Shown: piece after piece, positions 35,188 to 43,290 of the stretch
Layout: each line of letters opens with the position of its first letter
Position numbering within the stretch: the stretch's first letter is position 1
Virus record (IMG/VR): IMGVR_UViG_3300049173_000072
Coordinates: 1-43,290 of that record
Reading direction: 5' to 3' (one strand)
Origin: a virus
Taxonomy: Duplodnaviria > Caudoviricetes
Length of the DNA stretch: 43,290 nt
Notes under the pieces: model-generated
Seen by the model: only the letters and a program-made list of their open reading frames with translations
Databases searched by the model: none
What the model was told of the DNA's origin: nothing
Position numbers and translations under genes: made by a program

Positions 35188-35508
35188 GTGGCCGACGATC
35201 GGAGCGTCGACGTGCAACACCCTACGGACCAGTCCCCCCAGCGGCCATGCATCTGCGGCGGAACCGACCACACGGCCATCGATGGCGGGTTCTCCGCCAG
35301 CGGCTCGGGCGGCGTCGGCTTCTACCGCTGCCCCCGCCGCGAGATCCCCGCCCCGCGGCGCAACGACGGGCTGGGCGTCTGCTGGGCCCTCGACGACGAC
35401 GGTGAAGGACTCCACTGCACCGAGCCTCCACTGCACGACGGCGAGCACCGCAACGCGTACACGGGCAAGCAGTGGCGGCACGCCGGCATGCCGCAGACCC
35501 GTCACTGA
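35188..35508 (+). CDS. Cys/His-rich hypothetical protein
   Basis: GTG after GGGGG; CIC...C and CW...HCTEPPLHDGEH; divergent from gntR; start uncertain. Confidence 0.5.
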   Translation: MADDRSVDVQHPTDQSPQRPCICGGTDHTAIDGGFSASGSGGVGFYRCPRREIPAPRRNDGLGVCWALDDDGEGLHCTEPPLHDGEHRNAYTGKQWRHAGMPQTRH

Positions 35509-35684
35509 ACGACTGGTCAGCCGACGGCGGGACGTGAGTGCAGGCCAGAGGTTCGCGGGCGGTGACACGTTCACACCGGGCTCACGCGGCTCGCACGGAT
35601 ATATGCAAGCAGCACACTTCCGTAAGGACCATGAGTGCTGTTGACTCAGATTCAGCGCTTCCCAGGCCCCGACGCGCCCCGCGC

Positions 35685-35924
35685 TCACCCACGGAGGAGG
35701 TCTGTCACGTGCACGCCGAGGACTCGTGCGATACGCAGCAGTGTCCCGATCCGGGCGTCACTCGCGCCGGCCTCGATGTCCTGGTAGGCGGACCGGGAGA
35801 CGCGGGCCGCCAGGAAGACGGTCTCCTGCGTCATGTTCTCGTGGATGCGCCGCACGCGGATGCGGTCGCCGATGGCGCGGCGCTCGTTGAGCAGCCAGTC
35901 GTCGTCATCGGGCAGGCGAGGCAC
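35685..35924 (-). CDS. XRE-family HTH regulator, 79 aa
   Basis: IGDRIRVRR...MTQETV...VSRSAYQDIEAG...TLLRIARVLGV. Confidence 0.9.
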   Translation of the reverse strand: MPRLPDDDDWLLNERRAIGDRIRVRRIHENMTQETVFLAARVSRSAYQDIEAGASDARIGTLLRIARVLGVHVTDLLRG

Positions 35925-36077
35925 TCGACAAACGCTCGACCGACCAAGATCATAAGTCAGCCCGGTTTACCGGGCATTAATTGATCTTGATTCCAGCCAC
36001 TCCGGCAGTGGGGTGGAGGCACGGCAACCCCTGCGCGCTCTGGCATATGCCGCAGGGTCGGTTGTAGTGTCCGGAAC

Positions 36078-36093
36078 TCGAACGCACGTTCGC
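36078..36093 (+). promoter_or_regulatory. LexA (SOS) box
   Basis: TCGAAC-GCAC-GTTCGC, one mismatch to TCGAAC-N4-GTTCGA, just downstream of -10-like TAGTGT (36065-36070). Confidence 0.75.
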
Positions 36094-36188
36094 TCGAAAG
36101 GGTGAATCCCCAGCTCACGGCGGCATCGTCAGCGCCCAGTCGGGCATCAGGGAACAACCCCCAAAACGGCACAGCACCAGGAGACGGT

Positions 36189-36428
36189 ATGGACCGCACG
36201 CAAATCCTCGACCTGTACGAGTGGGAGACCGGTGTTTGCTTCCGGCATCCCTCCACGGGCGAGGTAGCGACGGCCCATGTGAAGACCGTGCATCCGCGCG
36301 ACGGCGGCGCCGAGGACGTCCGCGCCTGCCGGCCCTGCATCCTCGACATGGAGCGGGAGCGGGAAGCGGTCGCCCGGGCGGAGGGGCTCGTCTACGAGCC
36401 CGGCCACGTCGGCGAACCGCTGGCGTGA
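36189..36428 (+). CDS. 79-aa hypothetical protein, probably SOS-regulated
   Basis: RBS AGGAG; ILDLYEWETGVCFRHP...RACRPC. Confidence 0.72.
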   Translation: MDRTQILDLYEWETGVCFRHPSTGEVATAHVKTVHPRDGGAEDVRACRPCILDMEREREAVARAEGLVYEPGHVGEPLA

Positions 36429-36461
36429 GCCCCGGTCGGAGGGCCTTTTGGGGTCCCGCCG

Positions 36462-36721
36462 CTGGGGACATTCTGGGGACACGGCAGGGCTGGGGACATC
36501 TCGGGGATCGCCAGTTCTTAAACTCAAAGGAAGTTGCGGGCACTCACGGGAACTGAAAGGAAGCCAGGTCAGAGACCATCCGCGACGAGTTCCCCAGATC
36601 ACAGGCAGCCGGGCGACAGAACCCGGCGTACAGCCCGACTCGTCTGCCGCTTACCCCGTTGACCTGCGCCTTCCTCTGCTTATCCTTGATCCATAACGGC
36701 GCTGGGGACAATCTGGGGACA
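36462..36721. other. attP with integrase arm-type sites and phased directionality-factor repeats
   Basis: Five exact CTGGGGACA (36462, 36473, 36490, 36702, 36713) on both sides of the core; 10-bp phased AACTCAAAGG/AAGTTGCGGG/CACTCACGGG/AACTGAAAGG (36521-36560); directly downstream of integrase. Confidence 0.85.
36615..36646 (+). ncRNA. rnpB: att core: 3'-terminal fragment of RNase P RNA
   Basis: GACAGAACCCGGCGTACAGCCCGACTCGTCTG contains the conserved 3' P4 motif ACAGAACCCGGC and the 3' P1 strand as recalled for Streptomyces rnpB; the rest of rnpB is absent. Confidence 0.8.
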
Positions 36722-36740
36722 ATCAGAGTCGAGAGAGAAC

Positions 36741-38054
36741 TCAGGCACCTGCCGCCCCCGAACCCGCGTCCCCGGGGGACATCCACTGGCCGAGCGCGGC
36801 GAGCCCCATTCTCCCGGACTTCGGCATGAAGTGCACGTAAGTCCTCAGCGTGAACGCCGGATCGCTGTGCCCCAGCCACGCCGCTAGCTGCGTGATGGTC
36901 TCCCCAGCCTGCAGCACGATCGAAGCGAACGTATGCCGCGTCACGTGGAAGCCGTCCTCGCGCGGCATGTTCCAGGCCCGACGCGCATACGGCTTCTTGC
37001 CCGACCGCTGGATGTACTCCGTCTCCACGGCCGGGATGACCCCCGCCCGGGCGAGCGCCGGCTTCCACTGCTTCTCATCGAACGTGACCCGGTTGATCGC
37101 GCCCCCGCTCACCCCCGACGACCGGGGTGTCGTCACCAGCAGCCGTACCGTGCGCCGCGGCCGGTCCTCCCACGCCAGGTTCGGGCGGTCCGGGTCCACC
37201 CACGGCAGCGTCACTTCGATCGTGGGGAACAGGTTCGCGTGCTCCTTCACCGCCCGTGCCAGCTCCGGCGGACACGGGGCGACCCGCTCCTTGTTGCCCT
37301 TCGGCGGCGCGAACCCGAGCCGGCTGTTGATCCGGACGATCTGCCGCACCACGTTGATCTCCGCGCCGTCGATGTCATCCGGCGAGAACCCGAGCGCCTC
37401 CCCCTGCCGCAGGCCCGCCCCCACGCCGAGGTCGACGAGGATCCGGTAGCGAGGATCCAGCGCAGCCCGCACCGCGGCGACCGTCTCCTGCGGCCAGGCC
37501 TTCGCCTTCGACTTCGGAACCGTCGGCGCCTTCAAGTCCTCGTCCCGGAACGGATTCAGCGGCACCCGCTTCGCCTTGTGCGCCGCCTGCATGATCGAGG
37601 AGAAGTGCTGCCAGGTGACAACGAGCGTGCTGGTGTCGATGTTCTTCTCTGCCGCCGTCCGCCACCGCAGGACCTCGTCGTGGCCGATCTGGTTCAACGG
37701 CAGATGCCCGACGTGCGGGAGGATGTGCTTGAAGATGCGCGGCTGCATCGACTGCCTCGTGGTCGGCGCCTTCCGCAGGTTCGGCCACCACGTGCCCTCG
37801 ACGTACTCCCGCAGCGTCATCTCGCCGGCCCGGGGGTCGTAGAACTGGCCGCGGCTCGTGTCGGCCTGCGCCTTGGCCAGCCACTCCTCCGCGCTGCCCG
37901 GGCCCCGACGGTTCTCAAACGATCGGTCCCGCACGCCCGGGACGGCCTTGACCCGCCAGCGCAGCCCTTTGCCCCACCGTGCAGTCTTCCGCCGCTTACC
38001 AGTCTTCGGGTCCGGCGCCTTCGTCATCCATCGGTCTTCGATGTACCCGGCCAC
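36741..38054 (-). CDS. int: Tyrosine integrase, 437 aa
   Basis: GAGLRQGEAL (R), PPKGNK (K), FHVTRHTFAS (HxxR), WLGHS, TLRTYVH (Y); N-terminal arm-binding domain. Confidence 0.96.
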   Translation of the reverse strand: MAGYIEDRWMTKAPDPKTGKRRKTARWGKGLRWRVKAVPGVRDRSFENRRGPGSAEEWLAKAQADTSRGQFYDPRAGEMTLREYVEGTWWPNLRKAPTTRQSMQPRIFKHILPHVGHLPLNQIGHDEVLRWRTAAEKNIDTSTLVVTWQHFSSIMQAAHKAKRVPLNPFRDEDLKAPTVPKSKAKAWPQETVAAVRAALDPRYRILVDLGVGAGLRQGEALGFSPDDIDGAEINVVRQIVRINSRLGFAPPKGNKERVAPCPPELARAVKEHANLFPTIEVTLPWVDPDRPNLAWEDRPRRTVRLLVTTPRSSGVSGGAINRVTFDEKQWKPALARAGVIPAVETEYIQRSGKKPYARRAWNMPREDGFHVTRHTFASIVLQAGETITQLAAWLGHSDPAFTLRTYVHFMPKSGRMGLAALGQWMSPGDAGSGAAGA

Positions 38055-38076
38055 GTAGCGGCCCCCTCATCGTCGT

Positions 38077-38520
38077 TCAGGCCACGTCGGCCTCAGGTGA
38101 GTCCATGGTGACGATCTCACCGTGCCACAGCTGGAACCACTGTCCACCGGCGAGGAACTCCTCGATGGAGCGATTCAGCACCCCGATGAACATGCCTGTA
38201 GAGGTGAGGGGGTGGACGTGCAGGGCGACGTGCCCCTTGTGCTCGCGGATGTCCACCGGCGCTTCGAGCGTGGGCGAGGCGAGCTCGAACGTGACCCGCA
38301 GAGGGCTGTCGGGGGAGGCGACCGAGACGACCTCGCCCTCCCAGATCTGGTACCAGTGCGCCGTGTTCACGAAGTCCAGCAGGGTCTTGTTGAGCGAGGG
38401 GATGAACTCGTGCGGCTCCAGGCCGCGGGCAATCAGGATCTCGACGAGCCCTCTGCTCTCTCTCCAGTCGGAGATGACTCCGGGGTCGAGATCAACAACC
38501 TTGTACACAACGCGCAGCAT
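38077..38520 (-). CDS. 147-aa protein with tandem internal duplication, between repressor and integrase
   Basis: RBS GGGAGG; LRVVY..D.RE.RG.V...FI..LN....F....WYQIWEGEVVS repeated as LRVTF..DIREHKGHV...FI..LN....F....WFQLWHGEIVT. Confidence 0.8.
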   Translation of the reverse strand: MLRVVYKVVDLDPGVISDWRESRGLVEILIARGLEPHEFIPSLNKTLLDFVNTAHWYQIWEGEVVSVASPDSPLRVTFELASPTLEAPVDIREHKGHVALHVHPLTSTGMFIGVLNRSIEEFLAGGQWFQLWHGEIVTMDSPEADVA

Positions 38521-38680
38521 GAGGCGCCCTCCCGTCGTTGTGGTGCACGTGGGCGAAAAGGGCCGGACATGCACGGTTGTGGAAGGGTACGACCGGTGAG
38601 CGCATGGCCACAATCGGTTGTAGGAAATGTCTACTTAGGGACTTTGCCGGTCAACCGACCTTCTGGTAGCGCCAAGTCTG

Positions 38681-39115
38681 CTAGCCCTCTTCGCGGCGGG
38701 CCCGTTCGTCCGCCTCGATCATCGCCCGCCAACGCCGCAACTCTGCCGGGGACATGCCCGCGAGGTGGCCGACGATGATGCGGACCTCGTTGCCGTAGCC
38801 GGCCAGCTCGGTGGCCTCGTACTCCAGCCACTGCTCCGCTGCCGCTTCCTTGATGGCACGCAGTGACCTGCCCGTACCGTTGGCCAAGGCTTTCATCTGG
38901 GCCGGGGTGGGCGGGTTCGTGGGCGGGTTCTTCACCAGCTTCTGCAGGGACTGCTTGTAGTAGCGGGTGCCGGACTCGGGGTCGACTGCACGGTCCGCCA
39001 TCTCCTGGTAGGAGAGGCCGGCATCCTTCGCTTCCTGGATGAGCCGGGAGAGTGCGCCGATCGGGGTGGGTTCTGCGGTCGCGCCTTGGTCATGGGCGGT
39101 GACCGGAACCGTCAT
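38681..39115 (-). CDS. Immunity repressor, XRE-like HTH, 144 aa
   Basis: LSRLIQEAKDAGLSYQEMADRA...MKALANG...IKEAAAEQW; RBS-like GAGGATGAGGA; divergent from Cro-like gene. Confidence 0.8.
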   Translation of the reverse strand: MTVPVTAHDQGATAEPTPIGALSRLIQEAKDAGLSYQEMADRAVDPESGTRYYKQSLQKLVKNPPTNPPTPAQMKALANGTGRSLRAIKEAAAEQWLEYEATELAGYGNEVRIIVGHLAGMSPAELRRWRAMIEADERARREEG

Positions 39116-39219
39116 GTCCTCATCCTCTCCTTTGGGCACTTCAACACCGACTGTCTCTATAAGTGGGGGGCGGTCGCGGAAAATTGCCAGGTCAGTCCGT
39201 ACAACCATCCTGGCTTTGG

Positions 39220-39618
39220 GACGGATCGTCTACAGATCAATGCTATCCAGCCAGGAACTTTGCCGATACTCGGCATCCGGTCGTCATCGGGTCATTGACG
39301 AATCGTCCCCGACAGGGTTAACTCAAGGGCAGTGAAAGGCACCTCAGCAACGGGGGAGATCCATACATGGTGCGCTATGCCCTGCGGGACCTGGAGTACT
39401 TCAAAGAAACCATGGAACACCCAGGTCGGGGCGTGCCCTACTCGGTGCGAACCCTCGCCGAGGCGTCCGGTGTATCGAGGTCTCAGATAGGCCGGCTGGT
39501 CGCCGGAGACCTGCCTGACCTGCCCGTCAATGAAGCGCATGCCGTAGCTACGGCACTCGGTGTCGCCGTGCTGGTTATTTTTTTGCCCCCCGTGTCACCA
39601 ACTCAATGACGAACCGTC
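39220..39618. promoter_or_regulatory. Three palindromic operator candidates GACG-N3-CGTC
   Basis: GACGGATCGTC (39220), GACGAATCGTC (39297, overlapping -35-like TTGACG), GACGAACCGTC (39608). Confidence 0.6.
39367..39609 (+). CDS. Cro-like XRE HTH regulator
   Basis: YSVRTLAEASGVSRSQIGRLVAG...AHAVATALGV; RBS GGGGAG. Confidence 0.85.
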   Translation: MVRYALRDLEYFKETMEHPGRGVPYSVRTLAEASGVSRSQIGRLVAGDLPDLPVNEAHAVATALGVAVLVIFLPPVSPTQ

Positions 39619-39652
39619 CCCCGGCGGTTCACCCCCACAGGAAGGAGAAGAC

Positions 39653-39889
39653 GTGCCCCGGCTCGCGAAGGTCCCCACACCGGCCCCGCCCGGCTTCGTC
39701 TGGATCCAAGAGCTGTCCCGCATGACCGGGCTGTCCGTCAAGACGCTCTACAACTACCGCCACCTCGGCAAGGGGCCGAAGCCGGTCCCCATCGGCCGGA
39801 AGCTCGCCTACCGGCTCTCCGAGGCCAAGGCCTACGTCGCCGAACTCCATGGCTGCACGCCGGCCGACAGCGAGCGCGCCGCCGCCTAG
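39653..39889 (+). CDS. xis: Excisionase or AlpA-like HTH protein, 78 aa
   Basis: GTG after AAGGAG; IQELSRMTGLSVKTLYNYRHLGKGPK...GRKLAYR. Confidence 0.8.
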   Translation: MPRLAKVPTPAPPGFVWIQELSRMTGLSVKTLYNYRHLGKGPKPVPIGRKLAYRLSEAKAYVAELHGCTPADSERAAA

Positions 39890-39990
39890 AGCGGCCAAAG
39901 CCCCAACCGCCGGAGTGCGATCCGACAGCCGGGGCCCTGCGGCCAAGAGCCGCTGATCCACCCCAAGAACCGTGAGAACAGGAGTGAACC

Positions 39991-40224
39991 GTGAGTTCAT
40001 CATCCACTACCCCGACTCCCGGCGCATCGCCGCTGGTTGAGCAGTTGCCGGGCAACGTGACCGAGATCCACATCATGCCGGGCTTCGGCAACCGTCTGCA
40101 GCTCGTCTTCCACGGCACCGAGGGCATGCCGGAGCCGATGCAGGGCGCCGTGTCCGCCGTGACCGTGTACGGCGACGGCCGCATCGAGTACCACCCCGAG
40201 CAGACCGAAGGCGGCACGGCATGA
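39991..40224 (+). CDS. 77-aa hypothetical early protein
   Basis: RBS AGGAG; ATGA overlap with next gene. Confidence 0.65.
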   Translation: MSSSSTTPTPGASPLVEQLPGNVTEIHIMPGFGNRLQLVFHGTEGMPEPMQGAVSAVTVYGDGRIEYHPEQTEGGTA

Positions 40225-40985
40225 GCGACTACCCCGAGATCGCCGACCGGTTCGCCCGGGACACGGCTGGCCACGAGATGACGATCCTCCACGAGGACGG
40301 CCTGTACCGGCACCTGCGGTTCCGGCCTCAGCAGCACGGCTTCTACTGGTTCGACCTGATCACCGTCCCCTACGCGCTTATCTTCCGGGGCGACGGCGAG
40401 TCCTACGTCTTCTCGATCGACGCGACCGAGGACATGTTCGTCCTATTCCGGAAGTCCAGCTACAAGCGGTCGATCAACCCCGGCTACTGGTCCGAGAAGC
40501 TCCGCAGCAACCGCGACGCGGCCACGTCGTACAGCGAGAAGCTCTTCGAAGCAGCGGTCGCCCGCGACCTGGCGATGGCGGAAGAGGACTACCCCGGCGT
40601 CACGGCAGCGTGGGCCGAGCACCTCGAAGACGAGTACAACGTCGAGTACGAGGTCGAAGCCCGCCGGGCACTCGACGAGTTCCGGTTCGGCGAGTTGTAC
40701 CGCGCCGAGTGCAAAGAGTGCGACTGGCAGTTCGAAGCGGGCAGCTGGTCCGCCGCCTCGTTCAAGCAGGACCGTCACCGTCGCGACGCTGGCGACGAGC
40801 ACACGGGCCCGATCCGCGACCTCACCTTCGTCTTCTCCGACACGTGGGAGTGGCGGCTCCAGGACTTCGACTGGTGGTTCCTCTGGGCCTGCCACGGGAT
40901 CCTCGCGGGCATCGCCCGCTACGACCGGGTCTCCCGCTACGGCCTGAAGGCGCTCGCCACCCCGAGGCCGGGGGCGACGTCATGA
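40221..40985 (+). CDS. Phage hypothetical protein, 254 aa
   Basis: RFARDTAGHEMTILHEDGLYRHLRF...YWFDLIT...INPGYWSEKL; Trp-rich; GC3-rich codons. Confidence 0.85.
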   Translation: MSDYPEIADRFARDTAGHEMTILHEDGLYRHLRFRPQQHGFYWFDLITVPYALIFRGDGESYVFSIDATEDMFVLFRKSSYKRSINPGYWSEKLRSNRDAATSYSEKLFEAAVARDLAMAEEDYPGVTAAWAEHLEDEYNVEYEVEARRALDEFRFGELYRAECKECDWQFEAGSWSAASFKQDRHRRDAGDEHTGPIRDLTFVFSDTWEWRLQDFDWWFLWACHGILAGIARYDRVSRYGLKALATPRPGATS

Positions 40986-41392
40986 CCAGCACGATGGAGT
41001 GGATCCGCCGCACCTACGACGTGCCCGCCCGCCACGGCATGCGTATCGAGTACGACGGCAAGCCCGCCACGATCGTCGGGACGCGCGGCCCGTACCTCGC
41101 CTTCCGTGTCGACGGCGAGAAGCGTCTCAACTTCGACCACCCGACCTACCGGATCGTCTACCCGGCCGTTCCCAAGCCGGTCCGGCCGCGCGGTTGGTGC
41201 AAGCACTGCGCCCAGGACCGGGCGATGACCGCCGACGGCGTGATGGGCCGCCACCACTGGAGCGGCCGCGACTACCTGGGGTCCCGCACCTTCCGCTGGT
41301 CCAAGCCCTGCCCCGGCACCGGCAAGCCCCCGTGGAAGCCCGTCCGCAACCTCACCCACCCCGGCGAGCAGCGGGCGGAGGCGACGTCATGA
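40982..41392 (+). CDS. 136-aa hypothetical protein with C-terminal Cys/His cluster
   Basis: ATGA overlap; YDVPARHGMRIEYDGKP; CKHC...H...CPGTG. Confidence 0.75.
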   Translation: MTSTMEWIRRTYDVPARHGMRIEYDGKPATIVGTRGPYLAFRVDGEKRLNFDHPTYRIVYPAVPKPVRPRGWCKHCAQDRAMTADGVMGRHHWSGRDYLGSRTFRWSKPCPGTGKPPWKPVRNLTHPGEQRAEATS

Positions 41393-41604
41393 AGCGCTTC
41401 CAGACCCCGGCCCCGCCCATCACCGTCGCCGACACGCCGCTGCCGGTCCTGGAGGAGCAGCTGGCCGCCCTCCGCGCGCACGCCCTCGCCCACCTCGCCG
41501 CACGCGGCGAGCAGCCCACTGGCGCCCACTTCGACCAGTGGCACGAGTTCCTCGACATCGACCCCGACCTCCGTGGTCGCAACTACAGCCGGGAGACGTC
41601 GTGA
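41389..41604 (+). CDS. 71-aa hypothetical protein
   Basis: GGAGG RBS; ATGA and GTGA overlaps at both ends. Confidence 0.65.
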   Translation: MKRFQTPAPPITVADTPLPVLEEQLAALRAHALAHLAARGEQPTGAHFDQWHEFLDIDPDLRGRNYSRETS

Positions 41605-41951
41605 GCGCCCGCATCGCCAAGATCTACCTGAAGGCAGCCGAGGTCATCCGCACCAACGGCCACTACAAGGGCGCCTACTGGGGCCGCCCCGAGGCCGGAG
41701 TCGGCATCGTGCTCGCCGCATCCGAGTGCCCCGTCTGCACGGTCGGCGCCCTGTCCGTCGCCGTCACCGGATCACCGGTGCCGGTCGCCGATGAAGTCGA
41801 CCCGGTGATCGTGGAGTTCGCCTCCCGGATGTTCGGGCCGGTCAACGCGGCAGCAGCGGTAGTCCGGGTCGCCGCCTGGAACGACGCCGAGGAGCGCACC
41901 GCCGACGACGTGATCGCCGCCCTGGAGCAGGCCGCGAAGGCGGTGGCGTGA
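41601..41951 (+). CDS. DUF6197-like protein, 116 aa
   Basis: AAEVIRTNGHYKG...CTVGAL...WNDAEERTADDVIAAL. Confidence 0.75.
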   Translation: MSARIAKIYLKAAEVIRTNGHYKGAYWGRPEAGVGIVLAASECPVCTVGALSVAVTGSPVPVADEVDPVIVEFASRMFGPVNAAAAVVRVAAWNDAEERTADDVIAALEQAAKAVA

Positions 41952-42133
41952 TGACCACCTTCGCCGACCCGCGGCCCGTCGCGGACACCGAGCAGGACGA
42001 ACTCGCCACCGTCGACGCCGCCTACACCCGCGCCTTCGGCCAGGACATGGCCACCTGGGACGTCGAAACCCGCGCCCTGTACGAGGACGCCATCGCCGAC
42101 GTCTACCGCCGCTACACGAAGGCGGACGTCTGA
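41948..42133 (+). CDS. 61-aa hypothetical protein
   Basis: Overlapping start and stop within the early operon. Confidence 0.65.
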   Translation: MMTTFADPRPVADTEQDELATVDAAYTRAFGQDMATWDVETRALYEDAIADVYRRYTKADV

Positions 42134-42339
42134 TGGCCGGCCAGCGCCTGTCCCCGGTCGCCGGGTTGTTCAACGCGCTGGCCCGCCTCTACATCCGCCG
42201 CGCACGCCACCACATCGCCGCCCAGCAGCACGCCATCCGCGAAGGCCGCGAACAGATCCACCAACTCCGCACCGCCGCCGACTTCCGCGCCACGGAAGCC
42301 GCCGGCTACATCGACCGCAGCTTCCTGGAGCGCCGATGA
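42133..42339 (+). CDS. 68-aa hypothetical protein
   Basis: TGATG overlap within the early operon. Confidence 0.6.
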   Translation: MAGQRLSPVAGLFNALARLYIRRARHHIAAQQHAIREGREQIHQLRTAADFRATEAAGYIDRSFLERR

Positions 42340-42803
42340 CCATCACCGACCTGATACCCGCCCTCAAAGGCCACGGCCGACGCCGCGCCGTCGACGAGGT
42401 CGACCGGCTGCGCAGCCAGGAGATCACCCTCCTGACGAACCTGCACGCCGCCGGGGACAGGATCGCCGTCCTGGAGCAGGCCCTCGCCGAGACCGGCCGC
42501 AAGCAGGCCGAGGCCGAGGAGATCGTCGTCCAGCAGCTGGCCGACCTCGACGACGTCACCGCGGAACGCGACGCACTCGCCGAGGAAGTCGCCGCGCTGA
42601 AGCGCCGGTTCGGAGCCCAGCTCGCCGCCGAAGCAAACGCGGCCCGCATCGACGTCCCGCCGATGATCCGCCCGGTCGACGGCCCGGAAGACGAAGCGAC
42701 CGCCCCCATCGACGTCCGGCCGCTATGGGAGGCGCTCGACGGCCGCTACCTCGGACCGGTCTTCGACCCCGGCCACGTGCACGCTGAGGGGGCGATCTCA
42801 TGA
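42336..42803 (+). CDS. 155-aa coiled-coil hypothetical protein
   Basis: ATGA overlap; heptad-rich centre; C-terminal PIDVRPLWEAL. Confidence 0.75.
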   Translation: MTITDLIPALKGHGRRRAVDEVDRLRSQEITLLTNLHAAGDRIAVLEQALAETGRKQAEAEEIVVQQLADLDDVTAERDALAEEVAALKRRFGAQLAAEANAARIDVPPMIRPVDGPEDEATAPIDVRPLWEALDGRYLGPVFDPGHVHAEGAIS

Positions 42804-43207
42804 CCGTCCGTCCGCCGATAGTCGGCGCCGCCCTGTGGACCGCGGTGATGAAGAACGCCGGCGACCGCTGCGAGTGCCGGGGAGCGTGCGGCAAGAAGCA
42901 CGACCCGGACCGTAAGCGGAAGCAGGGCCGGTGCGAGCTGGAGAACGGCAAGCACATCTCCAAGGTCGGCCAGATCGTCCTGATAGCGATGCCGCGGGAC
43001 CCGATCAACGAGGGCGACTTCGTGACCGCCGCCTCACTGCCGCCCCGGCGCCTCGCCGCGATGTGCCCGCCCTGCTACGACGCGGTCCGCCGGAAGATCA
43101 AGGCCGCCGAGAAGCAGCTCCCGCCGCAGGACGACGGGCTGTTCGGCGCCGAGGAGTTCTACGTCGCCCCGAGCAGCAAGCGGCAGGCCGACGTGGGCGC
43201 CGCCTAG
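42800..43207 (+). CDS. Zn-binding, degenerate HNH-like protein
   Basis: AGDRCECRGACGKKH...GRC...LAAMCPPCYD. Confidence 0.7.
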   Translation: MTVRPPIVGAALWTAVMKNAGDRCECRGACGKKHDPDRKRKQGRCELENGKHISKVGQIVLIAMPRDPINEGDFVTAASLPPRRLAAMCPPCYDAVRRKIKAAEKQLPPQDDGLFGAEEFYVAPSSKRQADVGAA

Positions 43208-43210
43208 ACC

Positions 43211-43250
43211 GCGCCGGGCCGGCGGATGTCCACGGCCCCCGGCCCGGCGC
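43211..43250 (+). terminator. GC-rich hairpin
   Basis: GCGCCGGGCCGG...CCGGCCCGGCGC. Confidence 0.55.
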
Positions 43251-43290
43251 CCAACACCACCCACAGACGGCCGCGTCGAGCACCCCCGGC

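Noticed and set aside
36440-36740. Complete rnpB gene, or an attL/attR prophage boundary
   Set aside because: Only the last 30-40 nt of rnpB are present, with arm repeats and phage genes on both sides
38541-38556. Third LexA box upstream of the tandem-domain gene (minus strand TCGCCCACGTGCACCA)
   Set aside because: Too many mismatches to the consensus
1-43290. Replication genes, reverse transcriptase/DGR or a recognisable named defence system
   Set aside because: No primase, helicase, Rep or RT motifs recognised; replication genes probably lie in the part of the genome outside this window

Overview
High-GC actinobacterial (Streptomyces-like) temperate siphophage DNA covering most of one genome. 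Both the HNH/terS junction (probable cos) and attP appear intact, so this looks like the excised or circular form, not an integrated prophage. In order, the window holds: (1) a Streptomyces plasmid/AICE-type conjugation module (small membrane Spd-like genes, TraB/FtsK translocase, clt-like repeat palindrome), preceded by structured intergenic RNAs including a mini tRNA-like element; (2) Endo VII and HNH nucleases; (3) packaging and head genes (terS, terL with a class 3 LAGLIDADG intein starting with Gly, portal-MuF fusion, HK97 protease and capsid); (4) tail genes (-1 frameshift chaperone, tape measure with NlpC/P60 domain, beta-helix tailspike); (5) lysis cassette; (6) a small serine resolvase with a res-like site; (7) an accessory region of leaderless small genes with LexA boxes; (8) attP whose core matches the 3' end of the RNase P RNA gene rnpB; (9) tyrosine integrase, repressor/Cro/Xis switch and early genes. 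The strongest novelty candidates are an integrative phage that also carries TraB conjugation, rnpB as the integration target, and RNA-level control elements. All calls come from motif recognition and synteny by eye; no database searches were run.
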